Notes under the pieces: generated by a model | Database searches by the model: none | The model's input: the letters and a program-made list of their open reading frames with translations, nothing else | What the model was told of the DNA's origin: nothing | Position numbers and translations under genes: made by a program | Shown: positions 51,560 through 64,000 of the stretch, one piece after another | How positions within the stretch are numbered: the stretch's first letter is position 1 | How the letters are laid out: each line of letters starts with the position of its first letter | Source of the DNA: Stegostoma tigrinum | Taxonomy: Eukaryota | Direction: 5' to 3' | DNA: 64,000 nt | Assembly (NCBI RefSeq): GCF_030684315.1 | Contig: NC_081369.1 | Coordinates: forward strand, 2,098,689-2,162,688

Positions 51560-54500
51560 TGCTGCAGGATTCCTAGTCCCTCACTTATTCCTGTAGCCAG
51601 TGTACAACATTGGCTAGTGTACAAGAGTGGCATAGGTAGCACATATAGAGAGGTGGTCACATTGCACTGAAAATTCAAACTCCATAGGCACGAAAGAAAT
51701 GGATGGGGGCATCAGGCAGAACAAGCAGTGTGCAAGAATCCCTTGTGGCTATTGCCCTATAAAATATTTTGGATACTTTTGAGGGGAATTGCCTCTCAGC
51801 GGATAACAGGAACAGCTAAATTCATGGCACCATGGTTGGCTCTGTTGCACAGTGAGGGAGAAATCAGCATAGAAATGCTAAAGTTAGAGGGAATTCAATC
51901 ATAAGGGGAATAGATTGGCATTTCTGTGGCTGAAAATGAGAGTCCAAAATGGTGTGCTGCCTCTCTGGTGCTAGGGTCCTGGATGTCTTGGAGCAATTGC
52001 AGGGCATTCTGGCAGGGGAAAAGAATAGCCAATGGTTGTGGTACATGTTGGCACTAATGACATAAGTAAAAAAAAAGGGTGTGGTCCTAAAAGCAGTATA
52101 TAGAGAACTAGGAAGAAAGTTAAAACGTAGGACCTTAAAGGATCAGGATCTCAGGACCTCAAATTTCAGGATTACTACCAATGCCACGAGCTAGTCACAG
52201 CAGAAACAGCAGGATATATAGGATGAATATGTGGTTGAAAAAATGATGTGGGGGCTTGGTTCCGATTCATAGGGCAATTGGACCACTTCTGGAGGAAGTG
52301 GGGCCTAGACAAACTGGACGGGTTACACCTGGGCAGACCCAGGACCGATGTCATTAGCGTGATACTTGGGAGAGTGGTTGGGGAAGGTTTAAATACATGT
52401 GGCAGGGGAATGAGAAATAGGGTAGGGCAGTTAATACAAAAATTGAGGGAAGGGTTTAAACCAGCTCAAGTATGACTAAGAAACGGCAGGGAGATGCTGT
52501 TGAAAAGAGCAGGGGTGGTGGTCTGAAATGCATGTGTTTCAATGCAAGAAGTATAATTGGCAAGTTAGATGAACTCAGAGCATTGGTTAGTATTTGGAAC
52601 TATGACATAATACGATTACAGTGACTTGGCTGAAAGAGGGACAGGACTGGCAACTGAATATCCCAAGATTTAAATGTTTCAGGTGCAATGAAATGGGTGT
52701 AAAAGGGGTGGGGGAGTTGTGTTACAGGAAAAAGGAGTACCTCACAGTTGTACTGAAGGAGGATATATCAGAGAACTCATGCAGCAAGGCGATCTGGGTA
52801 GAACTCAGGAATAGGAAAGGAGAAATACACAATGCTGGCATATACGACACACCTCCCAACAGTCAGCGGGAGAGAGAGGAGAGGATATTTAGACAGATTT
52901 TGGCAACATTTAAAAACTGCAGGGTTGTTGTGAAGCATGATTTTAACTTCCACTGTGTTGACTGGGACTCATTATGTGCTAGGGGCTTGGATGGAGCAGA
53001 ACTTGTGAGGGCCATTCAGGAGGGTTTCTTAACACAGTATGTAATCAGTCTAACTAGGGAAAGGGTTATAGCAGACCTGGTTTTGGGAAATGAGGCCAGC
53101 CAGGTGAGTGAAGTTTTAATGGGGATGCATTTCGAGAGTAGTGACCATAATGCCATGAGTTTTAAGTTACTCACAGATAGGGATAACAGCAGTCATCAGA
53201 TGAAAATGTTAAACTGGGGGAAGGCAAAATGCAACAATAATCGACAGGTGCTAGAGAGTAAGATAACAAAGTGTGAAGCTGGATGAACGCAGCAGGCCAA
53301 GCAGCATCTCAGGAGCACAAAAGCTGACCTTTCGGGCCTAGACTCTTCATCAGTCTAGGCCCGAAACATCAGCTTTTGTGCTCCTGAGATGCTGCTTGGC
53401 CTGCTGTGTTCATCTAGCTTCACACTTTGTTACCTTGGATTCTCCAGCATCTGCAGTTCCCATTATTTCTGATAGCATTTCAAGAGCTGGAGAGCGTTAG
53501 TTGAAGGTGGCTATTTGAGGATAAATTTGCATCTGTCATGTGGGAATATTTCAACTGGCAGTTGATAAGAGTTCAGGAGTGGCATGCTCCCACAAGAATG
53601 AAGGATATGTATGGCAAGTTACATGAACCTCGGATGCCCTGGAATGTTATGATCTTGGTCAAAAAGAAAAAGGAAGCATACATGAGGTCTAGTAGGATGG
53701 TAACTGACAAAGCCCTTGAAGTATATAAGGGAATTGGGAAAGAACTTAAACAAAGGTCTGGAAGGGCTAAGAGGAATCAAGAAAAATCATTAACAAACAA
53801 GATGAAGGAGAATCCTGAGGTTTTTTGCACACATATAAAAAGCAAGAGGGTAGTCAGGGAAAGCATTAGCCCACTGAAGGACAAAGAAAGTGATGTATAT
53901 GTGGAGTCTGAAGACGTAGGTGAGGTGCTAAGTGAATACTTTGTACCAGTATTCACCAAAGAGAAGGAATTGGTGGAGGATAATCTCATGGAAAGGATTA
54001 TCAAATGTTTAAGCCAAGATGCTATTTAAAAGGAAGAGGTGTTGTGCATCTTAAAACATATTAAGATAGATAGGTCCCTGGGTCGTGATGGATCTATCCT
54101 AGAATATTGAGGGAGGGAAGAGAACAAATTGCAGGAGCAATGACAGACACCTCTGTATCCTCTTTGGCTACAGGTGATGCCCAGAGGACTGGAGAAAAGC
54201 TAATGATGTCCTATTATTTAAAAAGGGTAACAGGTATAATCCAGAAAATTACAGGCCTGTGAGCCTCACAACAGTCATAGAGAAATTATTGGAAAAGATT
54301 CTCAGGGACAAGATCTATACACATTGAAAAGCAAATGGGCTGATTAGCGAAAGACGGCATGGTTTTGTGCAGGAGTGGTCGTGCCTCACTGACTGGATTG
54401 AGAGTTCTAAGGAGGTAATGAAGATGATTGATGAGGGAAAAGCTGTTGATTTTTTCTACTTGGGTTTCAGTAAAGCCTTGGACAAGGTCCCTCACAGCAA

Positions 54501-54990
54501 ACTGATGCAACATGGTATCAGGGGTGAGCTGGTAAAATGGATACAGTACTGACTTTGTCATCAGAGTCAGAGGGTAATGGTAGAAGGATGATTTTCAGAA
54601 TGGAGGGCTGTGATTACTGGTGTTCCATAGGGATCAGTTCTAAGACATCCGCCGTTCATAATCTATATAAATAATTTGTAGGAAAATGTAGCTCCTCTAA
54701 TTAGTAATTTGGCAGATGCTACAAAGATTGAAGGAGTTTCCCAAAGTGAGGCGGATTATCAGAGAAGACAGCAGGATTTCAATCAGCTGGAGGCATGGGC
54801 AGAAAAATAGCAGATGGACTTTAACCCAAACAAATGTGAGGTGATGCATTTGGAAGGTCAAGTACAGGTGCAAATTATACAATAAATGACATAACCATTC
54901 AGAATATTGAGTGGCAGAAAGATCTGGGCGTACAAGTCCACAGATCCCTGAAGGTGGCAGCACAGATAGATAGGGTAGTGAAAAAACACC
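51560..54990 (+). mobile_element. Near full-length decayed CR1 LINE (ORF1 esterase plus ORF2), interrupted by PLEs
   Basis: ORF1 MVCCLSGARV..HVGTND, ORF2 APE (52621-53286) and RT. Continues briefly after 57797. Confidence 0.88.
53260..53472. mobile_element. Short palindromic PLE-terminus derivative nested in CR1 ORF2
   Basis: Near-perfect inverted arms. Minus-strand CTGATGAAGAGTCTAGGCCCGAAA. Confidence 0.85.
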
Positions 54991-54994
54991 CCTG

Positions 54995-57797
54995 GCAGAT
55001 GCTGGAGAATCCAAGATAACAAAGTGTGGAGCTGGATGAACACAACAGCCCAAGCAGCATCTTAGGAGCACAAAAGCTGACATTTCGGGCCTAGACCCTT
55101 CATCAGAGAAGGGGGGTGGGGAGAGGATTCTGAAATAAATAAGGGGAGAGGGGGAAGCGGATTGAAGATGGATAGTGGAGAAGATAGGTGGAGAGGAGAG
55201 TATAGGTGAGGAGGCAGAGAGGGGATAGGTCAGTCCGGGAAGGACATACAGGTCAAGGTGGCTGGATGATGTTAGTAGGTAGGAAATGGAGGTGCGGCTT
55301 GAGGTGGGAAAAGGGGATAGGTGAGAGGGAGAACAAGTTAGGGAGGCGTGGACAAGCTGGGCTGGATTTGGGATGCAGTGGTTGGAGGGGAGATTTTGAA
55401 GCTTGTGCAATTCACATTGATACCATTGGGCTGCAGGGTTCCCAAGCAGAATATGAGTTGCTTTTCCTGCAGCCTTCGGGTGGCATCATTATGGCACTGC
55501 AGGAGGCCCAGGATGGACATGTTGTCTAAGGAATGGGAGGGGAGTTGAAATGCTTTGTGACTGGGAGGTGCAGTTGTTTATTGCGAACCTAGTGTAGATG
55601 TTCTGCAAAGCGGTCCCCAAGCCTCTGCTTGGTTTCCCCATTGTAGAGGAGGCCACAACAGGTATAGCGGATGCAGTATACCACATTGGCGGATGTGCAG
55701 GTGAACATCTGCTTGATGTGGAAAGTCATCTTGGGGCCTGGGACGGGGGTGAGTGAGGAGGTGTGGGGGCAGGAGTCATCTCTATGGATGGCAGACAAGG
55801 GTGGGGAGGGAAAAATGTCTTTAGTGGTGGGGTCAGATTGTAGACGGCAGAAGTGTCAGAGGATGATGCGTTGTATGCAGAGGTTGGTGGGGTGGTATGT
55901 GGGGATGAAGGGGATTCTTTTCTGGTGGTTATTGTGGCGGTGGGGTGTGAGGGAAGAGGTGCAGGAGACTCGGTTGAGGGCGCTCTTGACCACCACGGGT
56001 TAGAAGTTGTGGTCCTCGAAGAACGAGGTCATCGGGGATTTGCAGGAGTGGAATGCCTCCTCCTGGGAGCAGATGTGGCAGAGGCAAAGGAATTGGGAAT
56101 AAGGGATGGCATTTTTGCAGGAAGGTGGGTGGGAAGAGGTGTATTCTAGGTAGCTGTGAGAGTCAGTGGGCTTAAAATGGGTTTGTTGGTGGTTGCCTGA
56201 AATAGAGACCGAGAGGTCCAGGAAGGTGAGGGATGTGTCGGAGATGGTCCAGGTGAATTTGAGTTTGGGGTGGAACGTGGTGGTGAAGTGCATGAACTGT
56301 TCAAGCTCTTCTTGAGAGCACAAGGCAGGGCCGATACAGTCATCAATTTAACGGAGGAAGAGGTGGGGTTTAGGGCCAGCGCAGGTGTGGAAGAGGGACT
56401 GTTCCACGTAACCTACAAAGAGGCAGGCATAGCTAGTCCCCATGTGGGTACCCATGGCCACTCCCTTTGTCTGTAGGAAGTGGGAGGAATTGAAAGAGAA
56501 CTTGTTGAGGGCAAGGATGAGTTTGGCCAGGCAGATGAGGATGTCGGAAGAGGGGGACTGGTCGGGCCTGCGGGACAGGAAGAAGCGGAGGGCATTTAGG
56601 CCATCTGTATGGGGAATGCAGGTGTATAGGGACTGGATGTCCATGGTGAAAGTGAGGTGTTGGGGACCGGGAAATTGGAAGTATTGGAAGTATTGGAGAA
56701 GGCGGAGGGCATGGGTGGTGTCACGGATATAGGTTGGGAGTTCCTGGGCCAAGGGGGAGAAGATGGAGTCCAGGTAGGTGGAGATGAGTTTGGTGGGGCA
56801 GGAGCAGGTGGAAACAATGGGTCAACCATGGCAGGCAGGTTTGTGGATTTTGGGAAGGAGATACAAGTGGGTGGTGAGAGGTAGGGGAACAATGAGGTTG
56901 GAGGCTATAGGTGGGAGGTCACCTGAAATGTTGTGGTTGTGGATGGTTTGGGAGATGATGGTTTGGTGCTCCGGGGTGGGGTCATGATCCAGGAGGCAGT
57001 AGATGGTGGTGTCGGAGAGTTGGCGTCTGGCCTTGGCGATGTAGAGGTCAGTGCTCACTCACCCCCATCCCAGGCCCCAAGATGACTTTCCACATCAAGC
57101 AGATGTTCACCTGCACATCCGCCAATGTGGCATACTGCATCCACAGTACCCGTTGTGGCTTCCTCTACATTGGGAAAACCAAGCAGAGGCTTGGGGACCG
57201 CTTTGCAGAACACCTACGCTTGGTTTGCAATAAACAACTGCACCTCCCAGTCGCAAAACATTTCAACACCCCCTCCCATTCCTTGGACGACATGTCCATC
57301 CCAGGCCTCCTGAAGTGCCATAATGATGTCACCCGAAGGCTGCAGGAACAGCAACTCATATTCCGCTTAGGAACCCTGCAGCCCAATGGTATCAATGCGG
57401 ATTTCACAAGCTTCAAAATCTCCCCTCCTCCCACTGCATCCCAAAACCAGCCCAGCTCATCTCCGCCTGCCTAACCTGTTCTTCCTCTCACATATCCCCT
57501 CCTCCCACCTCAGGCTGCACCTCCATTTCCTACCTACTAACCTCATCCCGCTTCCTTGACCTGTCCGTCCTCCCCAGACTGACCTATCCCCTCCCCACCT
57601 CCCCACCTATACTCTCCTCTCCACCTATCTTCTCCTCTATCCATCTTCAGTCTGCCTCCCCCTTTCTCCTTATTTATCTCAGAATCCTCGCCCATCCCCC
57701 TTCTCTGATGAAGGGTCTAGGCCCGAAACGTCAGCTTTTGTACTCCTAAGATGCTGCTAGGCTTGCTGTGTTCATCCAGCTCCACACTTTGTTATCT
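54995..57797 (-). mobile_element. Penelope-like element (Neptune-like), 5'-truncated, with an inverted 3' duplication; inserted in a CR1
   Basis: Minus-strand RT remnants (TMDIQSLYTCIPH, QTKGVAMGT, YIDD disrupted by a stop near 56348), thumb (HPKLKFT) and GIY-YIG (FTCTSANVVYCI..YNGETKQRLGDRFAEH). Plus-strand 57054-57797 repeats 55014-55757 inverted. Confidence 0.92.
57701..57735 (+). ncRNA. Minimal hammerhead ribozyme in PLE terminus
   Basis: CUGAUGA(57705)-A-GGGUCUAGGCCC-GAAAC-GUC. A counterpart on the minus strand lies at about 55077-55110 (GAAAUGUC). Confidence 0.7.
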
Positions 57798-58379
57798 CTG
57801 CAGACTTGCCTTCATTGGAAGGGAGGAGCAATATAAATCTTCAGTCTAGCACTTTACAACTTTCTGGGCTCAATATTGAGTTCAACACCGTCAGATCGTG
57901 AACACCGTTTCCCTTTCTTTTCGCTTTTCTTGTTACATTCTCTGTCACCACGTCCTCTCTCCTCTCCCCCCAACTCTAGTAAGACTGTTGTTTCCGGACC
58001 GGCTGTTAGACACATCACTATACTGCCTTTCTCACATCCCAATCACGTAATCTGGGCTATCAACATTCTTTCTCCCCCAGCACTCCAAAATCCCCTGTAC
58101 CTCACTATTGCATAAATGCTGTCCCCTTCCCACTTCACGTCAGCTCTGATGAAAATCTATACTTGAAACATTAGCTTGCTTTCTCTCTCTAGATGCTGCA
58201 TGACCCATTTTGATCTCCAGCATTTTTTGTTTCTTAGTCCACTTAAGAAAACTGATTCCATTTATAGTTTCTTCTGAAAGACAGCACTTTCAACAGTATG
58301 TCATCCATCAGTCACTGAATAGTGTGTTCATCCCCCAGAGTCAGGCTTAAACCAGGAACTTTAAGTGTGCACATGAAAC

Positions 58380-59360
58380 TTTTTTTCACTCAGTATGTAG
58401 ATTACCTACGACAGAAGGATCAAAAATTGATCTTTTCTTGGGAAATAAGGCAGGGCAAGTGACTGAGGTGTCAGTGGGCGAGCATTTTGCTGCCAGTGAT
58501 TGAAATTCTATTAGTTTTAAAATAGCTACGTTAAAGAATAGACCTGATGTGAAAGTTAAATTTGTAAATTGGAAGAAGGCCAATTTTGACGGTATCAGGC
58601 AAGAATTTTCAAAAGTTGATTGGGGTCAATTATTTACAGGTAAAGGAATGCCTAGAAAGAGGGAGGCCTTTAAAAATGTGGTCATGAGAGTCCAGAGACA
58701 TATTTTCCTTTTACAGTGAAGGGCAAAGCTGGTAGGTGTGGGGAATGCTGGATGGCTACAGAAATTGAGATTTTGGTCAGGAAATTGAGGAGGCATATGT
58801 CTGGCCTAGGCAGCATGGATCGAGTGAATCCCTAGAAGAGTATAAGATACAACCATTCCATGCCAAACATAATTCCAATCTAAACTAGTCCCACCCTCCT
58901 GCTCGTGGCCCATATCCCTCGAAACCTTTCCTATTCATGTTCTTATCAAAATGTTTTTTTGACATTGTAGTTGTATCCACATCCACCACTTCCTCAGCAA
59001 GTTAATTCCACACACAAATCACCCTCTGTTTAAAAAAAGGCCCCTGACGTCTTTTTTTTAAATTTCACTCCTCTCACATTGAAAATGTGCCTCCTAGTCT
59101 TGAAATCCCCTATCTTAGGGAAAAGACAGCTACCATTAACTCTATCTATAGCCGTCATTATTTAATGCATTTCTATCAGGTCACCACTCAACATCCTACA
59201 GTCCAGTAGAAAAGCTCCCAGCCTATTCAGCCTTTCTTTATAACTCAACACTTCCATACCTGGCAACATCCTTTTAAATCTCTTCTGAACCCCCTCCAGC
59301 TTAATAATATCCTTCCTTTCACTGAACTACCTGAACTGGACATTGCATTCCAGAAGGGCC
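58380..59360. mobile_element. Two CR1 fragments in opposite orientation
   Basis: Plus-strand APE-linker piece to about 58850, followed by a minus-strand 3' end. Confidence 0.7.
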
Positions 59361-60220
59361 CAACTCTCTTCATAACTAAGGTCAAGTGCAGAAAACCAGC
59401 AACTTCAAACTGAGGGATTCATATTATTATCAAGCGGCAGATCAGAAATAATAGATTTCTATTGTTGAATTTTACAAGACAATACAACAGGTTTCATACA
59501 TGTGTTTCAAACTCCAAATCCAAGGTAGAAAATACACGTGCAATTTTCCAAGCATTTAGCCTGCCATAAAATGGGCTATCCATTTGGATATGCTTCTTAA
59601 TATAAATACCAACCACATTTCATTGAAATGTGACATGCCAAGTTTAGTGTAAATCAAATGATGAAAATTTACTACATTATCACCAAAATAAATACATATA
59701 AAGTCACACATTGAGGTAACATTACACTGATATCGCGTGCCTTTTTTTCAATTCATACCCAATCACGGCAGCGAAAGTAATTTTATGGAGATAAATATGA
59801 ATTAATACAAATTGATCATTCATTATTGGGAACTATGTCTGAAATGCATGCCTTCAGCCCTTACCGAAAGTAACCTATGAATGGAAAAATGCTTTAATTA
59901 GAATGACCTGTTATTCAGTGATAAGTACGTCTTATCTAATGTTTAAAGGTGGTCGTTAATGTATACTCGTGTAAGTGTGAAACAAATAGGCTTTTTGGTG
60001 CTTTCAACCACATCCGTCCGCCAGACTGAATTATTCTGTGCACTGTTTGAACGCAAGCTAATTGCCAGTATTGATACTGCGAGGTCAAAGTGAATTGATT
60101 CGTTGACAAAAAAGATGATAACAAAATATAATAGTTTAGTTGCTTTCTACAATGCATTAAAAGGCACCAACGCAAGCTGCTAGTTTTCGTTAATTTGCTT
60201 CATAGTTTTTTTTTCGTCAC

Positions 60221-60541
60221 CAGCATGGTGGCTCAGTGGTTAGCACTGCAGCCTCACAGCACCAGGGACCCGGGTTCGAGTCCAGCCTCGGGTGACTGTC
60301 TGTGTGGAGTTTACACATTCTCCCCGTGTCTGCGTGGGTTTCCTTTGGGTGCTCCAGTTTCCGCCCACACTCCAAAGATGTGCAGGCTAGGTGGATTGGT
60401 CATGCTAAATTGCCCATAGTGTTCAGGGGTGTGTGGGTTATAGGGGTATGGGTCTGGGTGGGATGCTTCAAGGGGCGGGTGTGGACTTGTTGGGCCAAAG
60501 GGCCTGTTTCCACACGGACGGGAATCTAATCTAATCTAATC
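60221..60541 (+). mobile_element. HE1-type V-SINE
   Basis: A and B boxes, V core and (atcta)n tail. Confidence 0.88.
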
Positions 60542-60990
60542 TCATAACCAGCACTTCCTGCAAATAGGCAGAAACTCACAAATCATTCAAGAACACTGAG
60601 CAAAACCAATTATTGGTGACCCAATGACCATCCTGTCTTGCATATATTCATTCATGTAATTTGGTAACTCATTGGAAGGTATAATATTTTCAAGTTTTAT
60701 CGTGACATACATGACAATAAAGTGAAATTTGTGCATTTAAATAAATCTATGAAATGGAGCACTGAAGCAGTGGGACAGTCCTGATGAAATAAAAACCAGA
60801 ATATACAGTTGCACTACCAAGACTTAGCGAAGAGGGCATATGCAATGCTTGCCTTCATCGCCCAGCGCATGCAGTACAACAGTTGGCAAAATATGTTGCA
60901 GCTGTATAAAACTCTTGCTAGGCAGCATTTGGAAAATTGTATGCAGTTTTGCTCACCACACTACCAGAAGGATGTGGAAGCTTTGGAGAA

Positions 60991-62282
60991 ATTTGTGAGG
61001 GGTAAATCATGCCTCACAAACCTTATTGAATTCTTTGAAGAGGTGACCAAATGCGTGGATGAAGGTAGAGCAGTGGATGTGGTATACATGGATTTAAGTA
61101 AGGCATTTGATAATGTTCCCATGGTAGGCTCAAGCAGAAGGTAAGGAGGCATGAGATGGGGGGAAATGTGGCCGACTGGGTTCAGAATTGGCTGACCCTT
61201 AGAAGACAAAGGGTGGTCGTGGACGGAAAATATTCAACACGGTGCTTAGTTATGAGTGGTGTACCACAAGGATCTGTTCTGGATCCACTTTTATTTTTGA
61301 TTTTTGTAAATGATTTGGATAAAGGAATGGAAGGGTGGATTGGTAAGTTGGCAGACAATACGAAGGTGGGTCAAGCTGCAGGTAGTGCGGAGGGCTGTTC
61401 TAGGTTACAAAGGGACATTGGTAGGATGCAAGGCTGGGCTGAGAAGTGGCAGATGGAATTTAACCTTGAAAAGTGTCAGGTAATTCATTTTGGAAGGACA
61501 AACTTGAAAGCAGAATACAGGGTGAACAGGAAGATTCTTGGCAGTGTGGAGGAGCAGAGGGATCTTGGGGTTCATGTCCACAGTTCCCTGAAGGCTGCCA
61601 CCCAGGTGGATAGAATTGTTAAGATGGCATATGGTGTGTTTGCTTTCATTAATGGAGGGATTCAGTTCAAGAGCCACAAAGTTATGCTTCAGCTATACAT
61701 AAGCCTGGTTTCGGCTACATCTGGAGTATTGTGTCCAGGTCTGGTTGCCTCATTACAGGAAGGATGTGGAAGTGTTGGAAAAGGCACAGAGAAGATTTAC
61801 CGGGATGTTGCCTGGAATGGAGTGAAGGTCTTACGAGGAAAGCTAGGGAAAGACAGAGAGAGCTAGGGTTTTTCTCTTTAGAATGATGAAGGATGACAGG
61901 TGACTTGATAGAGGTGTACAAAATGATCAGAGGTGTAGATAGAGTGGACAGTCAGAGACTTTTTCCTGGGGTGGAGGTAGCTATTATGAGGGGGCATAGT
62001 TTTAAAGTGAGTGGAGGTAGATATAGATACGGTGTCTTCATATATCAGAGGTAGATTATTTACTCAGAGAGTGGTAGGGGTGTGGAATGCATTCCCGGAG
62101 AGGGTTGTGGGGTCGGCCTCATGGGGGGGGGGGCATTTAAGCAGCTATTAGATAGGCATATGGATGATAGTATAAGGTAGGGGTGGAGGTTGGATAGACC
62201 GTAGGATTAGGGTAAAAGTTTGGTACAACATTATGGGCTGTAGAGCCTGTACTATGCTGCTCTGTTCTTTGTTCTATGTTCT
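60991..62282 (+). mobile_element. CR1-type LINE nested inside another CR1 (about 60820-62775)
   Basis: Host reads KDVEALEK, is interrupted by FVRGKSCLTN...tail, and resumes gtacagtggaggttcaccaagatg at about 62286. Confidence 0.9.
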
Positions 62283-64000
62283 AAAGTACAGTGGAGGTTC
62301 ACCAAGATGTTGTCTGATCTCCAGGGCATGGGTTATGAGGAAAGGTTAAAAAATCTAGAATTGTTTCCATTGAAAAGATGGCAGCTGAGAGGAGACCTGA
62401 TAGAGATGTACAAAATTATGACAGGCAGAGACAGGGTGAATAGTCAGATGGTTTTTTTTCCCCCCAGGGTTGAAGTTTCAGTTACCGGGGGCACAGGTTC
62501 AAGGTCAGAGGGGGAAGGTTTAAAGGGAATGAGCAAAGGAAGATTTTTTTTTAAACTGAGAGTGGTAGTAGCCTGGAATGTACTACGAGAAGAGTCTATG
62601 AAAGCAGGCACATTGATGACATTTAAGTTGGGTACATGAATAGGGAGGGAATAGAGGGATACCCATCAAAAAAATGATAAATTTATTTTTAGATTAATTA
62701 GGGCATGATGGTCAGCACAGGCTTGGGGGCAGGGCGATGGGCCAGTTCCTCTGTTGTATTTTTTTATTCATTTGTGCATTCAGTTACTCCTTAAGAAGAA
62801 TTGGAAAGAAAGAAACGAAAAGAGTTACGCAGCAGTAAATGAGAAATTATGGGCTGCACAATAGAAGCTGAATGTGATTAGGATGTGGTCTCTTCATATA
62901 TCGTTTACGTATGTTGAAACAGGATGTGTACAGCCTGTAATGGTAAAGTTATTGTCATGGCACATTGCGACATTATTGAGACACAATCAATTAGTTTTCT
63001 GGATAGCCACGAGGGTGCCAGGAGTTGTGGACAACAGACCAGCAAAATGCAGTTGTGACCACAATTAGACCAGCCAAGATATTCTCGAATGGAGGAGTGG
63101 ACTTGACAGCTGAATGGTTTTAATTCTTCTCCGAAATCCAATGTCCTATTTCGTACGGAAGCTAAGTTCATTCGTTGAACCATGGGCGTGCAAACACATG
63201 CCAACAAGCTTAACGTTGTTAAAATAAAAGAACGGTTCTATTTCCTTTCAATGGTTACTTAGAAGTGGTGGTTCTGGGACAATATTTACTACTTCAGATG
63301 GAAAACAAAGTAGAAACAAAGTTATTTTGATTCTTAAAATTCAACAGATAATAAACTGTAAAAATGAATAACGAAGATATTACTTTCTTTGTCTTTAATC
63401 TGAGTCGTTGCAAGGTATTGCAGAGGATAGCGTCGCTAGAGTCACGTGCAGGATCGGGTAAGAATGTTGAATGCACTTCAGTTTAACAACCAAAGGGAAT
63501 CCTTGTCAAACAATGTGGTGAATTTCAGCACAGTTGGGCTTTACCAAGAAGATTCAGTCTAACGAATTACGACTTCCGTACTTCAAACCCAAACAAAAAC
63601 AGAATACTAATGTCACAGCATAGATTTAATTTGGTTTAAATCTGCAGGGCAGTTTAGAATTAAAAGGTGCGAGAAAATCTAATGAGAAACGACGAGAGGT
63701 TAAGCAATTCAAATAGTTGTTCCGCATTCCCGCAGTCATCGATAGTGGATAACTAGATTGGGAAATGCAATGTAAACAGGTCAATTTGTCAGATAAACCC
63801 CGAAAGCGCTGCAGATGCTGTAAACCAGAGACAAAAACAGAAGTTGCTGGAAATGTTCAGCAGGTCTGGCAGCTGCCAGAGTAAGCGGCACAGGCTAGTA
63901 CAACTACAACACTTAAGAGGCATCTGGATGGGAATATGAATAGGAAGGGTTTAGAGAAATATGTGCCAAATGTTGGAAAATGGAACTAGATTTATTTGGG

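Noticed and set aside
59936-60175. Coding exon in unique CpG-containing DNA
   Set aside because: An acceptor-like site is present, but there is no recognisable protein or good donor.
62874-63476. Second Ig gene or leader in a CpG-containing region
   Set aside because: No Ig motifs found in the frames examined; part is a decayed CR1 3'UTR.

Overview
Vertebrate genomic DNA, almost certainly elasmobranch: it carries HE1-type V-SINEs, HER1/CR1-type LINEs and shark-type Penelope elements. A carpet shark is plausible but cannot be proven from the sequence. Most of the window is decayed retroelements, so nearly all ORFs in the track are CR1 or Penelope fragments or noise. One real host gene is visible on the minus strand: a non-rearranging Ig-superfamily gene. 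It has a leader exon (37318-37264), a germline-joined VJ-type V exon (36764-36453) and a C1-set exon (29482-29177), joined by phase-1 GT-AG introns into an open 224-codon frame. The V domain is unusually short (55 aa between the cysteines, VNAR/I-set-like). No in-phase transmembrane exon was found; secreted or GPI-type 3' ends are possible. The second theme is Penelope-like elements (PLEs) of two clades with inverted terminal repeats carrying minimal hammerhead ribozymes. Many short palindromic derivatives of those termini occur, several flanked by 10-16 bp target-site duplications (TSDs). Repeat boundaries are approximate and were read by eye.
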